A stretch of 64,000 nucleotides of DNA from Octopus vulgaris (GCA_951406725.2 OX597824.1:72106001-72170000), one strand, 5' to 3'; shown: positions 34,092-48,271, counted from the stretch's first letter. Program-made: numbers and translations. The notes: generated by a model not told the origin, from the letters alone.

Positions 34092-34447
34092 CATCCAACT
34101 CATGACAGCATAAGGAAATGTGTTGGGTCATTGTATAAATTTATAACACCATCCAACCCATTTTAGCATAAGAAAATGAGCTGGTTGGGAATATAAATTC
34201 GTCATCATCTCACTCACATTGGCAAGAAAATCATTAAAAAATAAATGGTAAAAATGAAACTAATAGTGGTGAACTTGTAAATGGTGTGACGTTTATGAGT
34301 CATCGTATAAACTTTATTTCTTCTTTGTTAGAAAATAGGTTTGGCATTTCTGTTGATTCTATTAATTTAATCAAAGTTTGAAAGTGACATTTTGTATTTT
34401 AATTGCAGAGGAACAGGATCAAATTTTAGCAAGTTGATGCAAGTTTA

Positions 34448-35585
34448 ATAATAATAATAATAATAATTTTCAAATTTTGGCACAAGGTCAGTGATTTTAG
34501 TGCTCAGCTGGTACTTTATTTTATTGACCCTGAAACAATGAAAGGCAAAGTCGACCTCAGTCCAATTTGAATTCAGCCTGAAGAAATGCTGCTAAGCATT
34601 TTGTCCAATGTGTTACCAATTCTTCTACTAGCCTGTCACCTTAATAATAATAATAATAATAATAATTAATAATAATAATGATTTTGGTTTCTGATTTAGG
34701 CATAAGGCCTGTTCATTTTTGAGAAGAGGAAGTTAGTCGCTACCATCAATCTCAGTATCACCTGACTGATATTTTGTTGATTCCTGAAAGAATGAAAGAC
34801 AAAGTTGATCTTAGAGAAATTTGAACTTTGAATGTAAAAAGCTGGAACAAATACCACATATCACTTTTACAATGCTCTAATGATTTTGCCATATAATAAT
34901 AATAATAATAATGATAATAATAATAATAATAATAATAATAATGGTCCTTTCTGCTATAGGCACAAAACCTGAAATTTTGGAAGAGGTTTATAGTTGATTG
35001 CTTGATCAGTACTTATTCCACATTCACCCTGAAAGGATGAAAGACAGTGTTGGCCTTGGTGGGATTTGAATCCAGAACATAAAGATAGACAAAATGCCCC
35101 TAAGCATTTTTTTTTTTATTGTGCTAATGGTTTTGCCAGCTCATTGCCTTAACAATAATAATAATAATAATAATAATAATCCTTTCTACTGAAGGCCCAA
35201 GGCCTGAAATTTTGTGGGAGAGGCTAGTCGATTATATCAACCCCAATACATAACTGGTACTTATTTCATTGACACTGAAAGGATGAAAGGCAAAGTCAAC
35301 CTTGAAATTTAAACTCAGAACATGAAGAAGGATGAAATACCACTTAGCATTTCACCCAATGCGTTAACAACTCTGCCAGCTCACCACCTTAATAGTAATA
35401 ATAATAATAATAATAATAATCCTTTCTACTGTAGGCACAAGGCCTGAAATTTTGGGGGAGGGGGCCAGTTGCAAGGATGAAAGGCAAAGCTGACTTCGGC
35501 AGAATTTGAACTCAGAACATAGCAGCAGACAAAATACCACGAAGCAATTCGCCCGGTGTGCCAACAATTCTGCCAGTTTGCCACC

Positions 35586-35622
<37 letters not shown>
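34448..35622 (-). mobile_element. Head-to-tail array of five SINE B copies separated by (AAT)n
   Basis: Core atgaaaggcaaagtc..gaatttgaactcagaac recurs at ~34540, 34792, 35037, 35283 and 35477. Confidence 0.85.
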
Positions 35623-35626
<4 letters not shown>

Positions 35627-36648
35627 GATGATGATGATGTTTCTAATTCTGAAACAAAACTAGGTTACGAACTAGTTTCTGTTTCACAGCATTGATGACA
35701 TGATGATTGTTATGACACTGATAATGATGGTCATACTGATGATGATGATCTAAATCCAGTCTCTCTTGTACTGCTGTGTTTTCGTCCATTATTGGTTTAT
35801 TGTTAATCGGTGAATGTCACCATAACAACTGGGATTTTTGATGTGCACTAAGAACCAGGCTTCCACATATGTGAACAAAACAGTGGGTTGGTGTGAAGGG
35901 ACAGCCACAAATGGGGAGAAGAGCATGATAGATGACCATTGTGTTCACTCAGTTACTTAATAACTACCACCACCACCACCATCACCACCACCAGCGCCAG
36001 CACCACCACCACCACCACCATCATTACCACCGTCTGTACTATTTATACACGGTGCTAATCCACATATTAAACCTTTTTTTTTTTCACCAAGACTTAGTAG
36101 TGGCTTGGTTTGACATTTGTTATATTTATTTAGAATATGATTTGTATTTACAAATCATTGTTATTTTATCCCCATCCTCAGTTCATATTCTCTCTTATGC
36201 TCAATTTCTTGTACCTTGAAAGTATTCTCTGACACTTCATCTTCAACAGCTCTATCTTCTTTTCAGCTGCTCCTCACCACCACCACCACCACCACACACC
36301 TATATAATAAAGCAGGGTAGCTGTGGTAATTGTGTATGTCTTCCATAGCAAGATGGCTATGCCTGTCCCTCTATCTTACTTTAGCCTCTCAATATCCTAC
36401 ACAAAGCCATCTTCCCTCCACTACAACTGCATTCAGTTGAAAGAGCTTGCAAGTTACTTGGCAACCTTCACTTGCACTGGCAATCAGGAAACAAAAGGCA
36501 CCCTGTACAATAAAGTAAAAGGCATTCAGAAGAAAATCCAGCCATAGAAACCATGCCAAAGCAAATATTGGGTTTTGATGCAGTCTTTGGACTAGTTGAA
36601 TCCTATCAGATGTCCAACTCATGCCAGCATGTAAAACATATGTAAAAT

Positions 36649-36877
36649 ATATTTCTTTACTGCCCACAAGGGGCTAAACATAGAGGGGACAAACAAAGAC
36701 AGACAGAGGGAGTAAGCCGATTACATCGACCCCAGTGCGAAACTGGTACTTTATTTATCGACCCCGAAAGGATGAAAGGTAAAGTTGACCTCGGCGGAAT
36801 TTGAACTCAGAACGTAACGACAAACGAAATACCGCTAAGCATTTCACCCAGTGCGCTAACGTTTCTGCCAGCTTGCC
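36649..36877 (-). mobile_element. SINE family B long-tail monomer, inserted in a G-type tail
   Basis: Flanked by tgtaaaata on both sides (TSD). Confidence 0.85.
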
Positions 36878-37391
36878 TGTAAAATAATGATGATATGGCC
36901 TTGTTGTGTCAGTGTAAAATATTAGGCTATGTGAATGTGATAAAAATCAGAGTTTTTAAAAAAAATTCTTGTACTTTTTTAGTTGTCTATAGGGATGGAA
37001 TCTTAAGATCCTTATAAAGGTGATGAAACTCAGAATCAACAATTTGGGGTTGTCACAGACAAAAATGGAGAAATAATAATAAATTTCTTTATAGCTTTTT
37101 CAAAAATAAGAATTTCCTCCATCAGAATAAAGATGAATTCTAGGAAAGAAAATTTTGCACAGCTAAAGAAGAAAATAAGGATAATTAGAAAAGTTTTCTT
37201 CAAAATTAAGTGTGGTGGTGGTGATGGTGTTATAAGCAACAGACTCAACACAATACTCATCTATCTCACTCTTCTCTCCTTCCAAGATTGTTTCTATAAA
37301 CCAGCCCACTGTCTTGGGAAGCTTGTGGAAGTTTGATCAATCACCCAGTTGTTATTGAGGCTTTCACTCATAAATAATTTCTATATAATAG

Positions 37392-37730
37392 GAGGAGACC
37401 CCCTTCGGTCATGAATGACCATGGGATTGCACCTAGAAAGTTACCCTCTGAGGCACAAGTCTGCACAAAGTTGTTTGTAGAAGGCTAGCAGTCGCCCATG
37501 CATACCAGCCTCCCCTCTCCACACCACCGATGTTATCCAAGGTAAAGGCAAAGGCCGATACAGCTTGGCACCATTGATGTCACAACTCATTTCTACAGCT
37601 GAGTTAACTGGAGCAACGTAAAACAAAGTGTCTTGCTCAAGAACACAACACACAGCCCGGTCCGGGAATCGAACTCACAACCTCACAATCGTAAGCCCTA
37701 CACTCTAACCACTAAGCCATGCACCTTCAC
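37392..37730 (-). mobile_element. SINE family D (tRNA head plus unique tail)
   Basis: Minus-strand head gtgaaggtgcatggcttagtggttagagtg...gagttcgattccc contains A- and B-box-like motifs. Confidence 0.8.
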
Positions 37731-37834
37731 AATTTCTATATAATAATGGTTGATTGGCTGATGCGCACTTATCATGCACAGGAATTGCAAGATGAGTGCA
37801 CATACTATGCTTCATGGCAAGCAATGAGTAAAGG

Positions 37835-37874
<40 letters not shown>

Positions 37875-38296
37875 GAGAGAGAAAGAACTATAGAGAAAAT
37901 AGAGGAAGTGGGAGAGGAGAAGTCTCCAAGAATATAGCATCCGATATGGCCTGGTTCAGCACAGTAACAATGACAAACAAAAGCCTTGAACAACAATAGT
38001 AGAAACTCATGGAATGGATACATAAATCTCATGTTTCTTGTGTTTATACCTTGAGATGTTTTGTGCCCATGTCATATGTTGAAAGTTACTTGGCAGTAAC
38101 CAGGAAGCCTGGTGTATGTACTGAGAAGGTGACCTTGAAATACTTATATTAGAAACAAAACATGGCAGAAACAGTAGAAGCTCTGTTGTTTAGATTTGGC
38201 TATTTGTCTTTCTGAAGTTGAGCCAAGAAGTGCCACTCAAGTAATGGGTTTGATAATTTTTACACCATTCTTTGATAATGTAAGGTTCTACATTAA

Positions 38297-38517
38297 CCCT
38301 TTCATTACTAACCCGGCTGAAACCGGCTCTGGATCTGTAGTACAAATGTCTCGTTTTCATAAGTTTTGAATTAAAATCTTTCACCAAACCTTAATCACAA
38401 TTAATGTTCCTAACACTAGCTTAATGATAACTAAGTTATTTTACTAAATTCGTTGTTATATTTAAAATAATTGAGAGAAAAACAGAGAATCTCAAAATAA
38501 ATACAGTAATGAAAGGG
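38297..38517. mobile_element. piggyBac-type MITE
   Basis: TTAA|ccctttcattact...agtaatgaaaggg|TTAA. Confidence 0.9.
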
Positions 38518-39440
38518 TTAATGTAACAGACCATTATTATCAAGGCAGCAAGCTGGCATGGTCAGTAGAGCTTCAGACGAAATGCCTTGTAGTATTTGTT
38601 ACAACCCTTTACATTTTGAGTTCAAATCCTACCAAGATCAACTTTGCCTGTCATCCTTCTGGGGTTGATAAAATAAATTACTAGTCTAGTACTGGGGTTG
38701 ATATAATTAACTAGTTCTCTGTCCTTGTGCCTAAATTAGAAGCAATTATTATTATCCTATTTTTGTATGTTTTTACCCATAATGCCCTATTTTATCTCTC
38801 TCATACTTTCACCTCTTTTTCTTCTTTCTTTGATTCTCTTGATTTTCTTCTTCACTACATTATTCTTTCTTAGTTTTCCTCTTTTTCTCTTTTCTTGCTC
38901 TCTTGCTTTTCTGTTCTTTTTCTTCTCACAGATCTTTACCATTTATATTTATCATTCAGTCTGCCCCCCCCCAGCTCTCTCTCTCTCACACACACTACTA
39001 CTTGTTCACAAACTTTCTCACCACCACCACCGCCACCACTATCTTCATTCCGCCTCCATTACCAACACTTTACTCACACTGTTTTTACCTGGATATTCAC
39101 ACAGATCACCAAGTACAATTGTTTAGCATTAAACTTTAATATATGAAGTTTTCCCCAAACCGACTTTTGAACTGGCCAACTCCACTTCTGTTTCTCTCTT
39201 ATCTTTGTTTGATCAGCTGTGGCCAGCTGTACTGTACAGTAGAGTACAGCATTACACAGCAATAAGCTTGCACAGTATAGATTCGTAATACTTTCTTCCA
39301 AACTGTGAGATCTTGCACCTTTGTAAGAAATTAATATTTGAAAGCACATGGACAGTGGGTAGGCAGACTTAGTAGATGGTTAGTCATCTTTCCTTGCCTT
39401 CTTGTTACTATTTTGATCAGGATTTTATTTTAATTGTTTA

Positions 39441-39837
39441 CTAGCAGTATCGCCCGGCGTTGCTCGGGTTTGTTTCGACCTTTTAGAATTGGAATTTTTG
39501 AAAAGTAAAGATTTTGCATTATGTAGCTTGTTATTCTCTTTAAGTGAACATTTTTCTGGTTGAAATACACTGAAAAATGGCCACACAGCAGTAAAAAAAA
39601 TCATAAAAAATAGGGATTTTCATAGAAAAAAAGCACCTTTTTGATGTAAATAATTTTTGGTGTTAACATGGTTCGATTTGAATTTTTCCTTCTACGGAAG
39701 GAAGAGCAAGCCTTCTTCTATTATACTTTCAATTTTGGTCAACTTGCATCGCAGGGTCTTGGAGGTGATAGTGTTAGTTGAAGGCTACCAAACCTGCCAC
39801 ACGCACATAGACAACTTCAGCTTTATATATAGAGAGA
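39441..39837 (-). mobile_element. Non-autonomous Helitron family 1, complete
   Basis: a|ctagcagtatcgcccggcgttgctcggg...tatatagagaga|t. Confidence 0.9.
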
Positions 39838-40569
39838 TTTATAGGAGGAAGGACAGTGTTTGTGATTCTTGACTTTTCCCAAGGTCTCTGAGACGTCTTC
39901 AGACCAGGAAACAGGCTTAAAAGGCAAGGCTTGTAATTGACAAGACTTCACAAATGATACCCAAGGGACAGGTTGTAGTGTTAAACAGGGTGACAGATAA
40001 AGTCTATCCACTAAGAACATGAAATCCCTTGACAGGCTTCCACATGATTTCTATGTACCAAATTTCAGTAACAAGGCTTTGGTTACAGCAGAAGACATAT
40101 GCCCAAGATGCTGCAGAGAAGGTTTGAACTCAAAACTATGGAGTTGTGAAGAAAACTGCTTAAACTCACAGTCATGACTATTATCCCCTTTTATATTCTA
40201 AATTCAAATTTTGCCTGGGTTAACTTTGCCTTTTGTTTTTGAAAGGTTCATAAAATAAGCTCCAGTAAAGTAGTTGACAAAAATTGACTTTCTGCTCCCC
40301 ACTGTTTATGAATGGCCTTTGTTAGAAATCTATGGATTAGCAGAATCATTATAGTGATGGACAAACTGCTTTGTAATATTTGTTCTGACTCCTCATGTTC
40401 TGTGTTCAAATCCTGTCAAAGTCAACTTTGCCTTTCTCTGGTCAATTGAAGAAGCAACCAAGTACTGTAGTTGATTTAATCAACTAACTCTTTCCCACTA
40501 AATCTAAAACTATTTTTTTGTTAAAAACAATTATATCATCGTCATCATCATTATTTTCTTTTGGCCTTT

Positions 40570-40831
40570 TACCAGGTTGAGTCAAAAGTTTTTTTTTTGT
40601 ATTTTAAGCTTTAATTAATACTCTTTTACTCTTTTCAGTCATTTGACTGTGGCCATGCTGGAGCACTGCCTTTAGTCGAGCAAATCGACCCCAGGACTTA
40701 TTCTTTGGAAGCCTAGTACTTATTCTATCAGTCTCTTTTGCTGAACCGCTAAGTTACGGGGATGTAAACACACCAGCATTGGTTGTCAAGTGATGTTGGG
40801 GGGACAAACACAGACACACATACACACACAT

Positions 40832-40880
<49 letters not shown>

Positions 40881-41340
40881 TACGATGGGCTTTCAGTTTC
40901 TGTCTACCAAATCCACTCACAAGGCTTTGGTCAGCCTGAGGCTATAGTAGAAAACACTTGCCCAAGGTGCCACACACTGGGACTGAACCTGGAACTATGC
41001 CTAGTTCAAACAAATTACATACACAAAGCATTTATTCATAATAATATATCCCATCATATTTTATTGTCTGTTGCCATCATTGTGCCAGAAGTTCAGTTCC
41101 ACAGCTATGCTATTTTGGTTAGTTTAGAGGCAAAAAACTTGCTGCATCCATTTTCAAGCTTGTCTACATTGAACTGCCATCCATGCAGGAAATGAGGCAT
41201 GACTCTGAAAAGGTGGTAATCTGATGGTGCAAAGTCTGGACAGTATGCAAGATGAGGCAGCATTTCTTGGGCATCATGTTCTTCAAGCTTGCTCTTGGTC
41301 ACATTGGCAGTGTGTTCTGGGACACTGTGATGCTGTAGGA
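40570..41340 (-). pseudogene. Mariner transposase relic interrupted by SINE A (40619-40999)
   Basis: LPHLAYCPDFAPSDYHLFRVMPHFLHG (HPPYSPDLAPSDYHLF motif); TIR-like taccaggttgagtcaaaag. Confidence 0.75.
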
Positions 41341-41406
41341 GTGTGTGTCATTGATTGATCAATGCCAAATAAACAGGCTTTCAAAGCATCGTATATATAT
41401 ATATAA

Positions 41407-41787
41407 GAGAAGCACTCCGTCGGTTCAGACGACGAGGGTTCCGGTTGATCCGAATCAATGGAACAGCCTGCTCGTGAAATTAACGTGTAAGTGGCCGAGC
41501 ACTCCACAGACACGTGTACCCTTAACGTAGTTCTCGGGGATATTCAGCGTGACACAGAGATTGACAAGGCCGGCCCTTTGAAATACAGGTACAACGGAAA
41601 CAGGAAGTAAGAGTGAGAGAAAGTTGTGGTGAAAGAGTACAGCAGGGATCACCACCATCCCTGCCAGAGCCTCGTGGAGCTTTAGGTGTTTTCGCTCAAT
41701 AAACACTCACAACGCCCGGTCTGGGAATCGAAACCGCGATCCTACGACCGCGAGTCCGCTGCCCTAACCACTGGGCCATTGCGCCTC

Positions 41788-41790
<3 letters not shown>
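41407..41790 (-). mobile_element. SINE family C, full length, young
   Basis: Near-identical to 11939-12260 plus a 3' stem-loop region; lies in (TA)n. Confidence 0.9.
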
Positions 41791-41835
<45 letters not shown>

Positions 41836-41845
<10 letters not shown>

Positions 41846-42060
41846 ATTTGTGTGCCTGTGTTTGTCCCCCCAACATCTCTTGACAACCAATGGTGGTGTG
41901 TTTATGTCCCCGTAACTTAGCGTTTCGGCAAAAGAGACCGATAGAATAAGTACTAGGCTTCCAAAGAATAAGTCCCGTGGTCGATTTGCTCGACTAAAGG
42001 CAGTGCTCCAGCATGGCCACAGTAAAATTACTGAAACAAGTAAAAGAGAAAAAAAGAGTA
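41836..42060 (+). mobile_element. SINE family A 3' half
   Basis: Matches 2690-2889. Confidence 0.8.
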
Positions 42061-42624
42061 GCATTCTTCTACCTGATGAATTATACATTTTAAAATATAA
42101 CCTATCCTGTTGGATAGGTGGTATTAGAATGTACACTGAAATATGTAACCACCATCACCTCCTCCTCCTACTCTTTAAATGCTTTGGAGAAGACATCATT
42201 GTCACAAAATTCTATTTAGATTTACTGATAAATCTGAAGCTTTGTGTTTGCATACATACACAAAACAACAGCTTTATACTCCACCACCTGAGCTCATTTC
42301 CTATCAGGCTGCATTTATGAGTCTTACATTTTGAGTAAATAGTCCATAAACACCAGTAATGCAACAGGGCATGTTCACTGACATTCAACCCTGCCCTATT
42401 TTCGAAATTAGCTCTGTGTCTGGGTTATCCCCGCCCTCAACGTTGATTTCTGTTGACTTGATAAGACACAAGGTTAAATTTTGTTACAAACGGTATAATA
42501 GGTTGGATGATTTTTGCTCTACCAATATATTTACTAGTGCTGTTTTAGTTTGTTTTATTGACCTAGTCAAGTAATGAAAGACAAAATTGAATACAATGAG
42601 ATTTGGTCTCAAGCTATAGAGTTA

Positions 42625-43012
42625 ATTTCTTTATTACCCATAAGGGTTTACACAGACGGGGACGATACAACATGATTTGGGGTCATGTGAATGAAATGGA
42701 ATTATTTACAATGAAATCGAATGAATTACAAGAATACGCGAACAAAAAGGGACATGTGAAGTCAAAAAAACAGGATAGCCGACCCCATGAGCCCTGTTAT
42801 TTTAACTGAAACCTGTTGGTGAGTGATCATGGCGTGTTCATGCAAGGTCTTTCACACCTAGCATCCGTGCAACACGCATCCATCTCTTTTTTAATACAGA
42901 CTCTCACAGACACATTTTCTCTTGCCCCACCTTCCTTTTCAGATGGAACTTAAAAAAGTTCGTTAGGGCGGTGCCAGAGATCATGTTGTCTGTCATTGTA
43001 CTTTTCACTCTA
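42625..43012 (-). mobile_element. Tx1/L1-like LINE 3' end sharing its tail with long-form SINE B
   Basis: SGTALTNFFKFHLKRKVGQEKMCL..LKKRWMRVAR; tail gtccccgtctgtgtaaacccttatgggtaataaagaaat; TSD-like tagagtta/tagagtga. Confidence 0.6.
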
Positions 43013-44251
43013 GTAGAGTGAAGCAACTAAATGTTGCAAGAGGTTTAGTGCAGTACCCTCCTTTGCTTTTCTGTGCTCTCCTTTTTCTATGCTAACTCAC
43101 TGCTCTACTATTGATATCTGATATTGACACAAGGCCACAAATATATAAGAATGTCGGGGGAGCTTCGTTGTTTCACTGTGGTATCAGATAATCAATCAAA
43201 ACTATTGAAAAGGTTGCAAGATGCAACGAAAATTTTAGGACAATAAAAATAAGAAAAACGTGGAAATTTTACCGGTGAGTGTGTTACATAATAAGGCACA
43301 AAAAAAAAATGACTCTCCCCAGACACAATAGAATATGCTTCAACGCACGAACTCATATAAAGAATCTTGCAAACCAAATCCAAAAACGAAAGATAATGAA
43401 TCATTCTCTATCTATTGGAATTTTCATGATCAGTTGTGGACACCTGTGGCTAGATAATTAGTTCTAGCTGTTGGTGGTAACTTGAATACCTATACCATGT
43501 AGGAATTTGAACTCAGAATGCAAAGAGCTAAAAGGTATTTTGTTTAACATTCTAACAAATGTCAAGTACTTTACCTTGAACTGGTGATGTTGTTCCTCAT
43601 CTTCAAAAGAATGAACAGTAAAGTTGAGTTTGGCAGGATTTGAACTCAGAAAGCTGAGAACTAGAACAAATATTGCAAGGTTTTGTATCTGATGGTCTAA
43701 CAATTCTGCCAATTTGATGAAAGGAAGGGGAATTGTGGTTTTAATTTCCTCCCATTACATTATTAGTTCTGCTGTAGTCTTTCAGCAAGATCAATGTCCT
43801 AGTTCTTGCAGAAGATTAGTTTGGAACTCAAACAACTGAAGAAATCTTCTAGGAAGGACAGCCATTGCAGCTGAGGCCAGATCAATAGATTGCAGATGGA
43901 AACCTTCAGCAAGTGAAGGCTAATTTAGTTCTCACTGCTCCACTCAGGGGACACATATATACTAAGAGATGAAACTCTCATGACTCTGAAATATCTGCTG
44001 AAGTTACAGGAGGATGCTCAACAATGGGAATTCTTTGGTCAGCACCAAAAGTTGGAGCTTGCACCATTCTTAAGTAGCTACTGCAAAGTTTCTCTGATGA
44101 TTTTTTTTCACCAATTGCCCCAGATGGTAGAAAGTCCGGATTAAAACTTAGAATGTAAATGGGTGTGACTAAACTTTGCAAATCATCTAGTACAGTATTT
44201 TACCATTTCTGTTACATCTGTCATTGATTTTTAATATTAGCAGTCCCTAAT

Positions 44252-44698
44252 ATTGGTTTCAAATTTTGGCACAAGGCCAGCAATTTCAGGGGAGGGTGTA
44301 AGTTGATTACATCAACTCCAGTGATCAACTAGTACTTATTTCATTGACTCCTAAAGGATGAAAGGCAAAGTCAGCCTTGGCTGAATTTGAACTCTGACCA
44401 TAAAGACAGATGAAATACTGTTAAGCATTTTGTCTGGTGTGCTAACAATTTTATCAGCTTGCTGCCTTAAAACTCCCTAATATTGGTTTCCAATTTTTGC
44501 ACAAGGCCAGTAATTTCAAAGGAAGGGGTAAGTCGACTGCAATGACCCCTAGTGCTCTACTGGAATTTATTCTATCAACTCCAAAAGGATGAAAGGCAAA
44601 GTTGACTTCAACGGAATTTGAACTCAGACCATAAAGACAGACAATGCTGCTAAGCATTTTGTCCAGTGCACTGACAATTCTGCCAGCTCACTGCCTTA
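44252..44698 (-). mobile_element. Two tandem SINE B copies
   Basis: Repeated units, each preceded by ccctaatattggtt. Confidence 0.8.
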
Positions 44699-44884
44699 GA
44701 AGTTCCTAATATTTTTGTCTGTGGTTTCACTGATTCTACTGTGGAGTGTCCTTCACTGATTTAATGATAGCCAATTATGGTTTCTTGCTGTAGAATAAAA
44801 CAAGAAATTTGGAAATTTGTAAGTTGGTGTAAAGGATTAAAGTGAATCTGGATGTATTACTGGTATATATTTTATACTGAGGGT

Positions 44885-45215
44885 AGAAAGGGGGTAGATA
44901 ATGAATATAGTCAATTGAAGTGGATGGATGTAGTTGATTGAAAAGGGGTGGATATAGGTGATCAAAAGAGCAGGTAGAGTTGATTGAACGAATGGGTATC
45001 ATTGATTGAAGCAGGGTAGGTGCAACCGATTGAAGAAGGTGGGTATAATAGATTGAAAAGGGATAGGTTTTAATTGATTGAAAGGAGTTGTTGATTGCAG
45101 TTGATTGAAAGGGGTGGATGTAGAGGATTGAAGGATGGTTATAGGCAACTGAAGGGGTGGGTATAGTTGAGTAAAGCTTATTGAGATGGGGTAGATGTAG
45201 ATGATTGAAGTAGTG
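44885..45215. repeat. Degenerate ~25-30-bp minisatellite
   Basis: gttgattgaaaggggtgga motif recurs more than 8 times. Confidence 0.75.
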
Positions 45216-46179
45216 GGTAGAGTTGTTTGAACAGAATTTGAACTCTGGTTGTGATGGAATACAACTAAATAACTGCTGGACATTTTACTGTTGCAGTCAA
45301 CCATTTCCCCACAAGACTGTATCTGGTACTTATTATCGTTTCTCAGTCTATTTCAAAACCACAATTCTTGTTATCTATATAAAAAGTAAAATCAAGAGAG
45401 AAAGAAAAGTTAAAATTATTGCTTAGAATCTATCAGAAATGACAGATACATGTGCACCCATACACATACATGCACACACTAACACTTACATATATACCTA
45501 CCTACCTACACACACACACACATACACACACACATACATACATACATACATACATACATGTATATATATTGATATTTAGCAGAAGTAACAGAGTGACTCA
45601 AGGGCTGAGAATTTTGTGTGTTCACACTTATCATAAGTGCTAACACATGAAACCTATATATATACATTTACACACACGTGCACACACACACGTGCACACA
45701 CACACATACAGAGAATCATAGCCAAAGGTGTAAAGAATAACAGAAGCAACTAGAGCAACAATACAAACAGTTTAGAAACAATCAACAATGGCAGAATTAG
45801 AATCTTTGAGTTGTTGTTGTTGTAATCTTGCTGTGTCAATAATTAATTCATGGTCGCAGGTCTGGGCATGTATTATGGACGAGACAATATTTAGATATTT
45901 ACTTCTCTGTATCGATATTCAACTAATCAGTGTAACCACGAGATGTTGGGAAATGCTCATTAGTGGTTGTTGCTAATTGAAAAAAATTAATGCCCTGTGA
46001 ATGATTGGGTCACTGAGGGTCACCCTGTTGAAGATCATTCCATTTTTGGATTGGAGTTAGGGAGAGTGTAGGTGGGGGTTGTTACTGAAATAAATGCTGG
46101 GGTTGATTTAATAAACTATACTTTATGCCACTCAAATTTGTGGTTATATTTTTAACTTAGCAGACATTCCTCCTCCTCC

Positions 46180-46400
46180 TCATCATCATCGTTTAACATC
46201 TGCTTTTCATGCTAGCTTGTGTTGGACAATTTGACTGAGGTCTGGCGAACCAGATGGCTGCACCAGGCTCCAATCTGATCTGGCAGGGTTTCTACAGCTG
46301 GATGCCCTTCCTAACACCAACCACTCCGAAAGTGTAGTGGGTGCTTTTATGTGCCACCGGCATGAGGGCCAGTCAGGCGGTACTGGCAACGGCCACGCTC
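46180..46400 (-). mobile_element. SINE family G
   Basis: Homologous to 25500-25752; further copies at 49620-49812, 50790-51025 and 56430-56587. Confidence 0.8.
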
Positions 46401-46810
46401 TATTATTATGAGAAATTTCCAAATTTTGTTAATATATTTATAGGTAGTGAGCTGGCAGACTCATTAGGTGCTGGTAAGATGCTTAGCAGCTTTTCATCCA
46501 TCTCTGAGTTCAAATTCCACTACGGTTGGCTTTGCCTTTCATCCTTTCAGGGTCAGTAAAATAAGTACCAGTTGAACATTGGGCTCTCTTCCAGAACTGC
46601 TGGCCTTGTGCCAAAATTTGAAACCAATATATTTATGTCTTCAAATTTAATGAGGAGATGTGACAAGATGCATCCTCAATTTTTAAAGGATTCCTCCTAA
46701 AGAACATGATTTTTTTGCAGTGGAATTTTTTTCCAGCTTTCTGACATTCTGAGTTTAGATACTGTCAAAGTTGACTTTGCCTTTTATTCTTTTGAATTTG
46801 ACAAAATAAG

Positions 46811-47100
46811 TCATCATCATCATTGTTCAACTGTGGTTGAGACAATGGAATTTACTATGTTACGCCATCATAGCATTACGGAGGTCCTGTTGCTGGATGC
46901 CTGTATCCCTGGAGATTACATCAGGGTAGGAGAGTGTGCGCCCTCTGGTATCGCGAGCAGATGACTTCCAGAGGAGAAGAGTAGGAATTACCTCGTTTTC
47001 AGCTCTACAAAAATGTCCAGCAAATTGGACTCTTTTACCTTTCACAAGAGATGATACAGGTGGTAGTTTCCCATATTTGGTTGGATGGTGCTTCCTTGAG
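46811..47100 (-). mobile_element. RTE-clade LINE 3' end
   Basis: LVKGKRVQFAGHFCRAENEVIPTLLLWKS..RGRTLSYPDVISRDTGIQQQDLRNAMM. Confidence 0.8.
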
Positions 47101-48232
47101 AGAAGTACTGGGGTCGATGAATCAACTTGCTCCCTCCCCTTAAAATTGCTGCCTGCCACTTTGAGATGAGGGTGGAGAGAACTAGTTCTACTACTGGAAG
47201 GTGAGTGAGATTGGCAATATGGCTTGAATCAATTGGATCTTCTTTTAACATGCTCCTGTAGGCCAGAGAATATGGCTGAGCAAGGGCACTGCTCTAAACA
47301 TTGAATAATCTGGGTTCTATGGAGTTGCTTGGTTAGTGCCCTGCTGTTTCCTTTTGAGACACTTCATTTCTTTTCATATTGTCATTTTTTGTACTTGATA
47401 CCATATAAACCCACACATGTTTTGTAATCTGTCCTTGTAATGTTCCCTTGATCCATTGCCCTTGTGCCAAATAACCAATTATTGTTATTAATTATTATAG
47501 TATTTACCCATTTCTGGAAAAGATTGGGAAAAGTTGTTGCGTACACATACATTTTTGTATATAAGTGTGTGTTGTATTTATGTATGTGTACGTATAGTCT
47601 CCTTTATTTTCTCTCACGAGTTATATATCTCTTTGCTTTTATTTCTGTCTTGTTTTCTCTTACTTTTTTGTTCTATTATTAATTACAGATACACATAACC
47701 TACACCCCACCACACACACAGGCATACATTCACTCACAAATAAATTCTGTTTTTTACAGTTTTTTCCTTCTCCCTCTCTCCCTCACACATACAAATACAC
47801 AGAATATTTTTTGTGGTTATGAAGCTTAATCCCCAACTGTGGTTTTAAGTACAGTCACACTGTGCGGCACCATGGGTATTTGTCTTCTACTATAGCTTTG
47901 GGTCTACAAAAGCTTTCTAAGTGGATTTGATAGACAGAAACTGAAAGAAGCCCCTCACACACACACACAGACTATATGTGTGGTGTTTGTGTTGGAATTA
48001 ATGTTCAGCACCACTTCATTTAACGCACTACTAAAATTAACATAAAACTCTAACCAGTTCAATCTAAAAGGATATTACAGGGAAGACCCTGAAGAAATTG
48101 CACTGGTATTATAGCAAAGTTGAAATTGCAACAGTAACTAACCAATGTAGTGGAAACACATGTAGGTTAATATTAAGCTGTATTTTAATCAAAATGTAAA
48201 TTAAAATTCATGAAATGCTACTTCATCATACT

Positions 48233-48271
<39 letters not shown>

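Noticed and set aside
35932-36219. Poly-His protein ORF
   Set aside because: It is a (CAC)n microsatellite followed by AT-rich low-complexity sequence.
43760-44200. Possible host exon
   Set aside because: Stops occur in all frames. It looks more like a heavily decayed LINE RT remnant, too weak to annotate.
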